64,000 bases of DNA from IMG/VR virus record IMGVR_UViG_3300024351_000013. The stretch is one strand, 5' to 3'. Under the pieces are notes generated by a model, which was given only the letters and a program-made list of their open reading frames with translations, did not search any database and was not told the origin of the DNA. This stretch comes from a virus (Duplodnaviria; Caudoviricetes). Shown here one piece after another: positions 29,079-38,670 of this stretch (position 1 is the first letter of the stretch; every line of letters starts with the position of its first letter). The position numbers and the translations under genes were made by a program.

Positions 29079-29729
29079 TTACAATGAATTTAAAAACTCA
29101 TCGAACAAGGATAACTTGTATTCTTCAAGGATACCCTGATCAACTAAAGTATTTATTCTACGTTTAGTGTTTTCCGCTACCTTCTCTCTAAGAATACCAC
29201 CATCCCAAATCCACTCCTTTCCTTCCATGATTCCTTGAACAAAGGCATCAGGTGCTGAAGGATCTGCTACAATATCAGCAGCAGTTGCAAGCATAAAGTC
29301 TTCACCAACTTCTCTATAACCTTTTTGATTCTCTCTTAAAGAACCAATACCACGAGAAGAAACGCCAAGGCAAACACCTTCTTTAAGAAGAGATTCTGCA
29401 ATTTTGCCCATTGGAGTTGAAAGGATTTGTGCCTTACCAATGAAATTATTGCCCTCTTGATGGAGTTCAGTAATCTTGTGAGAAACTCTATCAAGGTTTA
29501 CGGTTGGTCCATCTGGGTGCCCAAGTTCACCGAGAGCACGACCTTTTTGAACATAGTTTTCGTTATAACGATTGACTTCCCTTTCCATGATTGAAAAAGG
29601 ATAAAGTCTACCGTTGCGATTTACGCATTCACTTTGAAGGAAAATTCCTTTAATAAACATTGATTTTTTACCGTTTACATTTTCGGTAATAACTTCAACC
29701 TTTTCGATTTCTTCTCTGATTAGTTTCAT
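29079..29729 (-). CDS. g21: Prohead protease gp21
   Basis: NRNGRLY, ALGELGHP, GVSSRG, DIVADPSAPDA. Confidence 0.97.
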   Translation of the reverse strand: MKLIREEIEKVEVITENVNGKKSMFIKGIFLQSECVNRNGRLYPFSIMEREVNRYNENYVQKGRALGELGHPDGPTVNLDRVSHKITELHQEGNNFIGKAQILSTPMGKIAESLLKEGVCLGVSSRGIGSLRENQKGYREVGEDFMLATAADIVADPSAPDAFVQGIMEGKEWIWDGGILREKVAENTKRRINTLVDQGILEEYKLSLFDEFLNSL

Positions 29730-29734
29730 TTTTC

Positions 29735-30001
29735 TTAGTTGGTAAATCCTACTTTGGAAGCTTTAATTGCGGATGATGTCCAAATAACATCATTTGGAAA
29801 CTTTTCCAAAAACTCTACGGCGTAACTTGGCATAGTGAAGAAATTTGTTGTTGCTGCACCAACCATTGTGGAAACGCCTACCGTAACAAGACTTCCAGTG
29901 TCATTACAAAGTCTCACGCAGGTTGCACTACTAATACTTGATGCTGTACCAGCAGTAGTTCCTGTAGTTACTTCAGATTCAATTATTTTAGTTCTTTGCA
30001 T
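29735..30001 (-). CDS. Small hypothetical protein, probably structural
   Basis: 88-aa beta-rich ORF in the head operon. Confidence 0.75.
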   Translation of the reverse strand: MQRTKIIESEVTTGTTAGTASSISSATCVRLCNDTGSLVTVGVSTMVGAATTNFFTMPSYAVEFLEKFPNDVIWTSSAIKASKVGFTN

Positions 30002-30037
30002 TTGTATAATAAAGACTTTATTAGTTATTTATTATTA

Positions 30038-31621
30038 TTAGTCTTCCACATAAATGAACGAAGCACTAGCAGCAGTAATATTAGATGTTGATGAAATTAC
30101 TGCGGTTATAAAATTATTTGGTGGAACATGAAGTCCAATTTCTGATAAATCAACATCAATCGTTGAGTTGTCTGATACATGGAAAGCAGCAACAGCAGGA
30201 ATTGGTTGTGCTGCTAAAGTAAATAATCCAGTACTATCCTGAGTTGCATAAAGTGATGCATTAAAATCACTTTGAGTAGTCCATCTCAAATAATTTGTAA
30301 GAACTGGGTTCCAATATATACGAATAACTGCTGGGTCTCCTGTTGTATTTACTGATGCAGTAAGTCTTCTGGGAAGTAAATCTCTGGTATTAATCTTACC
30401 TTGATAGACTAGTTTATTCTTAAGAGAAATGAGATGATATAAAGAACCAGGAATGTTCATACTATCATTTCTGGTTGTAGTCACTGAATATGGAAGTTTT
30501 GTTCTTTCAACAATACCTTCAATTGCTCCCATAAAAGAAGAACCTCTACAAGTAACAACACCCACACCATTATTCAAATTTGCAGCAACATATCCAATCT
30601 TCATTGATGGATTTGCTAGGTGTGGTAGTTCGTTTCTATTAGAATAGTGCTCGTTATGGAAGAAAATCATATCCCCATTTAGAGGATTTTCAATCGCATA
30701 TCTAATCTCACCAGCACCTAACCAACGGAAGTTGATTTGATATACATTTAACTTAGATGGGTCTAGAGTAATACCAGAGTATCCAGTTCCATCAAGTTTA
30801 TCTAAATTAAAATCTTCTTGGAAAGTCCAGTTTTCTGTTTGTACTACACCTGCCTGTTCTATTTGATTTGTAAAAGATGCTGGTGCGGTGCTTGTGATAT
30901 TAAAAGTTCCAGTTTGAGGTCCAAGAGATGTTGCTAAAAATCTTAATCTTGATTGATCATACTCAACCAACCATAAAGCATTAAAGAGTGCTTGTGCTCT
31001 TAATCCTTGTACGAGTTGAGAAAGATTTCCTGCAAGTGTTCCTGAATTTACTGTTACTGCAGTGAAAGATGTTCCATTGAGAGTGACTGTTACATCTCCA
31101 TTATCAAGTGTAGTAAAGTCAAATCCTTGAATTCTTGCCTTACCACCATTAGCACGAAGCACACCAAACTTTCCATTGGTATGTGCATATCCAATTTGAA
31201 TTGCTTGTTCTTGATTGAATAGTCCTGCTCTTTGTGTAAATCCTACTGGGTTATTTGAGAACGAACCAGTAAATCTGCAAACAACACCTTGTCCTGGACG
31301 ATATCTGATAAAGTTAGTGCTTCTGATTACACCATAAGAATTTGCAGAAGAACCAGCACCAACTATGAATGTGGAGTTTGCATGAGTAGCAACTCCTGTT
31401 GCACTAAATGTAAATGTCTCAAACTCTCTTGGGTCTAATCCATAGACAGCATCTGCCTGAATTTTTGGTGTGATTGTGATTGAAATATTTTCACCAAAGG
31501 CAGACTTGGAACAAGCACTCTCATTTAGAATATTTCCATACTCATCAGCACGGAGATAAACCTCATGCAAAGTTCTTTCTTGATTTAGATAGTCTTGTGT
31601 AGTCTTATTCCACTGAGCCAT
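30038..31621 (-). CDS. Hypothetical beta-rich protein, probably virion-associated
   Basis: 527 aa, T/G/S/N-rich, inside the g20-g21 late operon. Confidence 0.75.
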   Translation of the reverse strand: MAQWNKTTQDYLNQERTLHEVYLRADEYGNILNESACSKSAFGENISITITPKIQADAVYGLDPREFETFTFSATGVATHANSTFIVGAGSSANSYGVIRSTNFIRYRPGQGVVCRFTGSFSNNPVGFTQRAGLFNQEQAIQIGYAHTNGKFGVLRANGGKARIQGFDFTTLDNGDVTVTLNGTSFTAVTVNSGTLAGNLSQLVQGLRAQALFNALWLVEYDQSRLRFLATSLGPQTGTFNITSTAPASFTNQIEQAGVVQTENWTFQEDFNLDKLDGTGYSGITLDPSKLNVYQINFRWLGAGEIRYAIENPLNGDMIFFHNEHYSNRNELPHLANPSMKIGYVAANLNNGVGVVTCRGSSFMGAIEGIVERTKLPYSVTTTRNDSMNIPGSLYHLISLKNKLVYQGKINTRDLLPRRLTASVNTTGDPAVIRIYWNPVLTNYLRWTTQSDFNASLYATQDSTGLFTLAAQPIPAVAAFHVSDNSTIDVDLSEIGLHVPPNNFITAVISSTSNITAASASFIYVED

Positions 31622-31624
31622 AAA

Positions 31625-31945
31625 TTAGTCAATCCATTCTAATTTTGATGGGTGATATCGTCTTGCGTTTCTAATGTTTAAATTTTTTTCTTCTGTGGGA
31701 TATATTTGTTGAACTACTGCCCCCGGATAATTACTTTGCAGTTGTTCTCCCAAATCTCTTTTGGATGGAATTCCATTTTTAGTCATTAATTCCATCCGAT
31801 ATAAGCTCCCTTGCCACAAAACATCTGCAATATACTCTTCACCAACCTGCTGTGGTTGTTCTGATTGAGAATTAATGTAAAGGTTTCCAGTAAAATCACC
31901 AGCAATATTAACTGATTCAGATATAAATTGCTTGAATGATTTCAT
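31625..31945 (-). CDS. Hypothetical protein with an MKSFKQFISE N-terminus
   Basis: 106-aa ORF in the head operon. Confidence 0.8.
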   Translation of the reverse strand: MKSFKQFISESVNIAGDFTGNLYINSQSEQPQQVGEEYIADVLWQGSLYRMELMTKNGIPSKRDLGEQLQSNYPGAVVQQIYPTEEKNLNIRNARRYHPSKLEWID

Positions 31946-31946
31946 A

Positions 31947-32105
31947 TTATTCCTCTTCTGTTTCGCTATTAAACATTGCGTTTGCTACAGCAGGACGAAA
32001 ATCGTCAATCTTTTCTGCAGACTTGTTAAAAAGTAGTTCTTTAATTTTATCGCTGATTTGTGAAGGTGACTGATCACCCACAATCATATCCATAAGTTCA
32101 TCCAT
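31947..32105 (-). CDS. 52-aa acidic small protein after the portal (possible prohead core protein; not in the ORF track)
   Basis: Manual translation MDELMDMIVGDQSPSQISDKIKELLFNKSAEKIDDFRPVVANAMFNSETEEE; TATAAATA at 32132-32139. Confidence 0.75.
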   Translation of the reverse strand: MDELMDMIVGDQSPSQISDKIKELLFNKSAEKIDDFRPAVANAMFNSETEEE

Positions 32106-32134
32106 TTTAATAACCTATAAGTAATCGTTTTTAT

Positions 32135-33823
32135 TTATATTTCGCCCCCCTTGGGCATTTCCATTGCCTTTGTACTTGGTTCCATTGGAGCAGCATTAAT
32201 TTCTGGTTCCATTACTGGTTGACCCAAATCCATTCCAGCAGTTCCTTGCTCCATTCCTGGTTGGATTGGCATTCCTGTCATAGGATCGACTGGTGCAGAT
32301 GGATCTGGAATAATCCCATCTTCTATTTCTTTCTTGATAATTTTATCTTGCTCAATAATTTCTTCATCAGTTTGGCGAAGAATTTTGCGACGAACATAGT
32401 CTTGAGAAAAATACTTCCCAACATATGGTTCTGCAATTTGAACCATACCGAGTCTTTCATTTAGCAACTCAGCATCCTTAAGTTCTGCAAAGTGGTTATC
32501 ATATAGGAAGTCATATTGAATATGTTCTTCCATAATATTCCAATCTTCAGGAGTTATAATATTCTTTAAGATTAATTGTGTTCTCAGCATATCGTGGAAC
32601 ATGTATGAGAATCTCTTTCTCAAACGAGAAACGAACTTACTGAACTTAACTTCATCTCTTAGAATTTCGGATGAACGACCAAGATTAAATCCACCTTCTC
32701 CATCCATTCTTGATGGGGGAACATTTAAAGAACGATAGAGTTTTTTCTTGAAGTACTCAATGTCAGTAATTTCTCCAAGATTTTGCCCACCCGGAAGAGT
32801 TGTGATTTCAGTTCCTCTACCACCTTCACGACGAGGGAGCCAAAAATCCTCAAGCATTGCCATGAACTTTTTGTCATCACGAATTTCGCCTGTATTTGCG
32901 TCATAGACAAGTTTGTTACGATAGCGCATCATAACATCACGAAGATATTGTTCCGCTTTTACCTTGGGAAGATTGCCCACATCAATGTAGAAAATTCTTC
33001 TTTCTGGCGCTCTTGATAAACGATAAATTACCAAAGAGTCCTCAATCATTCTTAATTGATTGAGTGATTTAATTGCTTTATGAAGATATGACAGTGTTGA
33101 TCCTTTGTTTCTATCGACAAGACCGGAAGTGCAGTATGTGATAGAATCTTTGGACATTTTGATACCCTGAGAACCTCCCATAGAAGAAGGATTTCCTGTT
33201 GGATATGTCATTTTTGGATTATAAATGAAATATTCCTCAATCTGAGGAAACTCAAAATCCATTGGATTATCTGTATTAATATTTGATAATCTATACTTAT
33301 CTTTCTCAGTTTTTTTCTGCTGTCTTACATACCGCATTTTCATGGGGTCAATATAACGAAGTTCTTGAATTCCTTCGTGAGGATTCTTCAAATCAATTAT
33401 TTTATGATAATATAATCTGCCATCAACATACCAATTTCTATAAATTTCATGGGACTTTTTATCAAAGTCGAGCAATGATAAAATATGTTTAAATTCTTGC
33501 CTTATTTTCTTCTTAATTCCATCACTCGCATTCAGATTGTCTAAGTCAATTTGGATGGGAGTATCATTTGTATCCGAGACAATCGCTTCATTTACAATAT
33601 CTTCAATAGCACTATCACACTCTGGATGTAATGCCATCTCACGATATCTTTTAATTAAATCAAACTCTGTTCTATAAACACCTTCAATATCAACATAAGA
33701 ACCAAAAAAACCACTACTCAAGTAGTGGTCAGACGAGTCCTCGTTATTAGGAGGAACTGGACTGACCACTCCCGGAGACAGTGGTTCTTTATCCTCAATA
33801 GAGAATCCAAATAGTCTTGCCAT
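32135..33823 (-). CDS. g20: Portal protein gp20
   Basis: YREMALHPECDSAIEDIVNE, RAPERRIFYIDVG, DFWLPRREGGRGTEI. Confidence 0.98.
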   Translation of the reverse strand: MARLFGFSIEDKEPLSPGVVSPVPPNNEDSSDHYLSSGFFGSYVDIEGVYRTEFDLIKRYREMALHPECDSAIEDIVNEAIVSDTNDTPIQIDLDNLNASDGIKKKIRQEFKHILSLLDFDKKSHEIYRNWYVDGRLYYHKIIDLKNPHEGIQELRYIDPMKMRYVRQQKKTEKDKYRLSNINTDNPMDFEFPQIEEYFIYNPKMTYPTGNPSSMGGSQGIKMSKDSITYCTSGLVDRNKGSTLSYLHKAIKSLNQLRMIEDSLVIYRLSRAPERRIFYIDVGNLPKVKAEQYLRDVMMRYRNKLVYDANTGEIRDDKKFMAMLEDFWLPRREGGRGTEITTLPGGQNLGEITDIEYFKKKLYRSLNVPPSRMDGEGGFNLGRSSEILRDEVKFSKFVSRLRKRFSYMFHDMLRTQLILKNIITPEDWNIMEEHIQYDFLYDNHFAELKDAELLNERLGMVQIAEPYVGKYFSQDYVRRKILRQTDEEIIEQDKIIKKEIEDGIIPDPSAPVDPMTGMPIQPGMEQGTAGMDLGQPVMEPEINAAPMEPSTKAMEMPKGGEI

Positions 33824-33858
33824 AATTTATTTTTTGTTCTTTGCCTTTTGACTATTTA

Positions 33859-34443
33859 TCAAGCTTTAGATGCGGTTGCTCCGCTAATAATTTCGTAAGA
33901 CTGAACTTGGAATTCCACAGTAAATTCTTCAATAGTATCTCCACTATCATATGAAAGATCAATGTTAGAAACACTTGTTGGGAAAATGTCAACAAACTTA
34001 TAAGCAGCTAAGATAGAACTGTCCGAACCTGCGTTAGTGGTACTATTTACTGTAGCACCTCTTCCAAGTTGATAGACAGTTGCATTGCTCATATAAGCTG
34101 CTGGATTTGTCGCTCCAAGGTTATTATCAAGTTTTGCAATAAGTTCACTCCATGCTTCAAATGCTCTTCTAAGTTTGAAGTCTTCGTCGTTGATGATGGT
34201 TACTGTCCAAGCATCAATGCTTCTATCTCCTGCAACTTTAAATGTTCTTCCTCTAAAAGGAACATCAATTGCTGCAATATTTGATGCCGGTAAAGCGGCT
34301 GCTTTACATAGATACTTGAATTTATCTGCGTCCCAAGAAATTCCAGATGGAAAAGTTGTCAATTCAACTTCAAATAGATTGGGACGAGCACCACCACCAC
34401 TTAGAGCACTCTTAAATTGAGAGATTGTCTTGAGTCTTGCCAC
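33859..34443 (-). CDS. g19: Tail tube protein gp19
   Basis: GGARPNLFEV, CKAAALPAS, FRGR..K.AGDR, IEEFTVEF. Confidence 0.97.
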   Translation of the reverse strand: MARLKTISQFKSALSGGGARPNLFEVELTTFPSGISWDADKFKYLCKAAALPASNIAAIDVPFRGRTFKVAGDRSIDAWTVTIINDEDFKLRRAFEAWSELIAKLDNNLGATNPAAYMSNATVYQLGRGATVNSTTNAGSDSSILAAYKFVDIFPTSVSNIDLSYDSGDTIEEFTVEFQVQSYEIISGATASKA

Positions 34444-34481
34444 GGTTCGTTACCTCCTTAAGGTTATTTATTGAATAATAA

Positions 34482-36689
34482 TCAAACAGTACCTGCAACT
34501 TCTTCAAAACTTACACCTGTGCGTGTAGCAACAAAGGTGAGAGTTACATAATTAATAGACTTAGCTGGTTTCAGGAAGATATCTGCTCTGAATTCGTTAT
34601 TGTCAATAACGTCAGGAGTATTGTTTGTTGTATCACAAACAACTAAGAAACCGTACAGACCTCTCTTCGCTTGAATATCGCGTAGATATGGTTCTACAAT
34701 ATTCTTAAAGTTTGCTCTTGTCAGTTCATCATTTAATTCGAATAGTTGAGCTTGTGCTGCGCTCTGTAGTGCTTGTTCAATTGTTAAGAATAAGCGACGA
34801 ACATTAATTCTATCAAATGCTGATGCATATCCAAGTGCTGTCTTATCTCCAAAGAGAAGAGTTCCGATTCCAGGTTGAGTAATGACTGCATTAATTCTTG
34901 CTGGATATAGTTGGTCTCTTTGTGCTTTACTTGGGTTATATGCCAACTTAATTGCATTATTAATGATTCCTCGTTGCTGACCAGCAGGTGAGAACCAAGG
35001 ATATGCAATGATATTAGTGCGACACATTAACCCAGCAATATCAGCGTTGCATGGAATATATACAAACTTATTATTAAATCTATCATAAGTGTACTTATAT
35101 CCACTATCAAATATTGCATATGATGAAGAAGACCCAACAGAGTTAAAGTACTTGATTAGATTTGTTGTCTGAGTAGTAGAATTGCTTTGTCCAATTAGAT
35201 TTCCTCTATGAGGTCCAATTACAGCAACACAATCCTTTCTCTGACCTGCAATTGAAATCAGATATTGTGCTTTTGCGATTGAATCATTTTCATCGGTTAG
35301 TCCAGGACCCATGATTAAATAATCAACCTGAACATCGTCTTTGTTTGAGAATAGATTGTACGAAGTTTGCAAGTCTGCAAGAGTCACTGCCATTGAACCA
35401 TTGGCACCATAATCTTGTCCGCCATTTAATGCATAAGTTACATTACCTACTGCACTAAATGTTACATCTTGTGCATTTTGACCCCAATCACCTTTAGATG
35501 GTGAATTCTCTGTTACATTAGGAATAAATGCTTGAGTAGTTCCATCAGCTTTAGTGAATGAAACTGCCCTTGGTGCTGTTCTCCAATATCCATCGGCAGC
35601 AGATGATGGAGATTTGCCTGCATAGATTTGTGACGAGTAATCTGCCAAGAATTGCTTATAGTAAATTCTTTGTGGCGAATTTACTGCCGAAATAGCATCA
35701 AGTGCTTTTGATAGACCAACATGCTTTTCAAGAATAGTCCCTGGATTTTGGGTGATTGTTCCCTTATCATCAACAACTACTACGTGAATACCATCACCTT
35801 TACCATTTCTGTTTAAAGCGTGAATAGATGTGGTTGGTTTTGGTGCAATTGAACTCCAGAAAATAGTGCTATTTTCTAGACCAAGTTTTTGTTGATTATA
35901 CCAATCAGAAACAGATACTGAATTGAGGTTTCCTTGATATGAACCCGAACCGTCAATGAAGTTTAATGTTTGTGTTCCTTTAAATGCAGCAAATTCGGTC
36001 CCTTCTGCATAATCAATTTTTGTTTCTGTTCCTCCACTGGAAACTCTTGAAACAACTTTAACAGTGATGGAGCTATTGCTACCAGTTACTGCAGTTGTTA
36101 CTCCAGTGATAATTCCTTTTAGATATCCGGTAAAAGTTCCAGATCCTGGAATTGAAATGCCATTTAAGTTAGCTGTCACGCCATATCCAATAGCGACACC
36201 ATCAGAAGACAAATCTGAGGATGTTACATTGATGACCTGATCTGCTAAATCATCAATTACACAAACTTTCAGACCATTTGCCCAAGTTCCTGGATTTTTT
36301 GCTGCGTATGTAAAATTCTGAGCTTCTGTATGCTCCGCGTTGTAATCATCATAGTTATCAATGTCTAAAGATGCAGTGGATCCAATTCCAACTCCAGCGT
36401 TAGCATTGTTTAAGTTTGGTGATTTAGTTCTAATAACTTTTAGAACACCACCATATGAAAGATAGGATGATGCACTCATCCAATATTCATACTGGTTATC
36501 ATTTTGTGATGGTTTTCCGAAAGTATTGATTAAATCCTGCTCTGTTGCAATATCAACAGCGTAGTTTACAGGACCAATTGGAAAAGGGCCAGCAATCGCA
36601 CCAATATTATCTAAAACATTATCAGCTCTTCCTACTGTTAAGTCAACCTCTCTGACGAGTACGCCTGGAGATAATTGAGGAGTCGCCAT
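34482..36689 (-). CDS. g18: Tail sheath protein gp18
   Basis: SPGVLVREVD, PWFSPAG, FDRINVRRLF, KPAKSINY. Confidence 0.98.
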   Translation of the reverse strand: MATPQLSPGVLVREVDLTVGRADNVLDNIGAIAGPFPIGPVNYAVDIATEQDLINTFGKPSQNDNQYEYWMSASSYLSYGGVLKVIRTKSPNLNNANAGVGIGSTASLDIDNYDDYNAEHTEAQNFTYAAKNPGTWANGLKVCVIDDLADQVINVTSSDLSSDGVAIGYGVTANLNGISIPGSGTFTGYLKGIITGVTTAVTGSNSSITVKVVSRVSSGGTETKIDYAEGTEFAAFKGTQTLNFIDGSGSYQGNLNSVSVSDWYNQQKLGLENSTIFWSSIAPKPTTSIHALNRNGKGDGIHVVVVDDKGTITQNPGTILEKHVGLSKALDAISAVNSPQRIYYKQFLADYSSQIYAGKSPSSAADGYWRTAPRAVSFTKADGTTQAFIPNVTENSPSKGDWGQNAQDVTFSAVGNVTYALNGGQDYGANGSMAVTLADLQTSYNLFSNKDDVQVDYLIMGPGLTDENDSIAKAQYLISIAGQRKDCVAVIGPHRGNLIGQSNSTTQTTNLIKYFNSVGSSSSYAIFDSGYKYTYDRFNNKFVYIPCNADIAGLMCRTNIIAYPWFSPAGQQRGIINNAIKLAYNPSKAQRDQLYPARINAVITQPGIGTLLFGDKTALGYASAFDRINVRRLFLTIEQALQSAAQAQLFELNDELTRANFKNIVEPYLRDIQAKRGLYGFLVVCDTTNNTPDVIDNNEFRADIFLKPAKSINYVTLTFVATRTGVSFEEVAGTV

Positions 36690-36773
36690 GTTTTTCTCCG
36701 TAAAGTCTCAGTTTATCTAAAAAATATTTATTAAAAATATACTTTACATAGGGGAAACTGGAAGTGAACACAC

Positions 36774-37004
36774 TTACCAGTCAGGATATTCCCATGGAAG
36801 TGGTTTTGGTAATTTTTTTCTTCTATTTTTTATCCTTTTTACGGTACATTCTTTGCATTCATACGAATATGAAGATGATACTGGTCCCCTATCTTTACGT
36901 GTTCTATAAAAACTATCTACTAAATTTTTTATTTCACCACATGTTCTACATCTTCTATCCGAAAGAAGTAAATGTCCTAGGTTTAATTGTTTATCTAAGT
37001 CCAT
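36774..37004 (-). CDS. Small Zn-ribbon protein (EndoVII/HNH N-terminal-like, no nuclease domain)
   Basis: CRTC...CKEC; start re-called at MDLDK. Confidence 0.7.
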   Translation of the reverse strand: MDLDKQLNLGHLLLSDRRCRTCGEIKNLVDSFYRTRKDRGPVSSSYSYECKECTVKRIKNRRKKLPKPLPWEYPDW

Positions 37005-38653
37005 TACGATAGATAATCCCACATGTAAGAACGATCTCCATACTCATCAACAAACCATCTATCACCGTCATTATCAACAAAACTATTGCTATCTAATCCA
37101 TCGGATATAAATCCAAAAGGAGACATGTCCTGTTCGATTTGATTTTTTTGTTCTTCGTATAATCTTTTTCTTACATCTTGATCGGTCAATTCTTTAAAAT
37201 AATCCTGAGCAACCAACCAAGCATATATTACCAGACACATTGCAAGGTCGTCGTTGCACCCCTCTTCTGCTTCAAAAGAGTTGTGTTTCTGAATAAATGT
37301 GGTAAGCTCTGAAATAATTTCGTAGTCATTGAGAAAGAGTTTACTTTCTTCAATCATTGTCTTGAGGTTTAGACATCCAACTTTTTTCACAGTTTTGGAC
37401 ATCTTGACGCCAAGTTGAGTTTTCTTTCCAGAAAATCCTTGCCCAACAATTTGACCTGCTCTACCTCTCATAGAACACATGAGAAGATTATTATATTCCA
37501 AGTCATATTGAAGGATACTTGCTACTTGGTCTCCAACATCATTAACCTCACATAAAATATAGGAATTATTATATGCTGTTGCTGCCTCGTGAATTATGCT
37601 GGGGAAAAGCATAGGTTTGATTTCATTGTTCCTATATTTGGCAACAACTTTATGGGGAAATTCTGTTATATCAATAACAGTAAATGCAGAGTAATCATTC
37701 CCTACGCCTCTAGCAACATCCACAGTGATGAGGTAATCATGATTCTCCTCTGGGTCCACATAAACATCCAAACCCGCACTACGGGTCTTGGGGGCATCGT
37801 AGACGAGCGTTCTGAGTTTGGATGGTGCAATAAGAGTATCGACAGAACCTAAGAATTCGCATTCAAACTCAACTTTGAATTGTTGGTCGGAAGTGTTTGC
37901 AATAGTTTGCTTCTTCCACTCCTCATCTCTTCCCGGTACTTCACTCCAATGAACATCTGTAAATACATATTCATTCTTACCTTTTTCGGCATCATGCCAC
38001 ATTCGGTAGAAGTGATTCATACCGTGTGGAGTGGATACAATTATAACTTTGGTTTGTTTACCAGAAGTAATAGTAGGATAAACAGATGCAAAGAAGGAAT
38101 CTGCGATATGGTTTGGAACGAAAGCGAATTCATCGAGAAAGAGGATATTGAACGACATGCCTCGGACAGCACTTGCAGATGTAGAAGCTGCCAATATCTT
38201 ACTGCCATTTTCTAACTCCAATGATCCTTTATTCCAGGATATAATACCTTGCTGCATCCACTTGGGAAGATTCTCATAAGCAGTTTGTAACCTATCTAAA
38301 AGTTCTCTTGCTGTTGCTGCTTTGTTTGCAAGAATGCCAATATTTACATTATCATTAAATACCGCATAATGTAATAGAAAAGATACTACAGTGGTTGATT
38401 TTCCCGTCTGTCGTGGCATCTTGCAGATATTAAATCTGTGATTGTGGAAGTTATTAATTAACTTCTCTTGAAAATGATATGGTTTAAATGTTTGAAGACC
38501 ATGATCCAGAGTTACAATTTTTACATAATTGTTTGCAAAGTAAACTGGGTCATCTTTACACTTCACAAATTCAAGAATCTGTTCTTGAGTAAATTCGATA
38601 GGGGTATTTGCTTTTTTTAAAAGCGGATTACCAAGATAAACATCATTTGGCAT
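37004..38653 (-). CDS. g17: Large terminase gp17
   Basis: PRQTGKST, LDEFAF, STPHG, DVARG.G.DYS, DDLAM. Confidence 0.98.
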   Translation of the reverse strand: MPNDVYLGNPLLKKANTPIEFTQEQILEFVKCKDDPVYFANNYVKIVTLDHGLQTFKPYHFQEKLINNFHNHRFNICKMPRQTGKSTTVVSFLLHYAVFNDNVNIGILANKAATARELLDRLQTAYENLPKWMQQGIISWNKGSLELENGSKILAASTSASAVRGMSFNILFLDEFAFVPNHIADSFFASVYPTITSGKQTKVIIVSTPHGMNHFYRMWHDAEKGKNEYVFTDVHWSEVPGRDEEWKKQTIANTSDQQFKVEFECEFLGSVDTLIAPSKLRTLVYDAPKTRSAGLDVYVDPEENHDYLITVDVARGVGNDYSAFTVIDITEFPHKVVAKYRNNEIKPMLFPSIIHEAATAYNNSYILCEVNDVGDQVASILQYDLEYNNLLMCSMRGRAGQIVGQGFSGKKTQLGVKMSKTVKKVGCLNLKTMIEESKLFLNDYEIISELTTFIQKHNSFEAEEGCNDDLAMCLVIYAWLVAQDYFKELTDQDVRKRLYEEQKNQIEQDMSPFGFISDGLDSNSFVDNDGDRWFVDEYGDRSYMWDYLS

Positions 38654-38670
38654 AATAAATCAACTCCAAA

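Noticed and set aside
2338-38653. Introns or inteins in g41, g43, uvsW, g17, g23
   Set aside because: All are uninterrupted and of normal length; both endonucleases are intergenic
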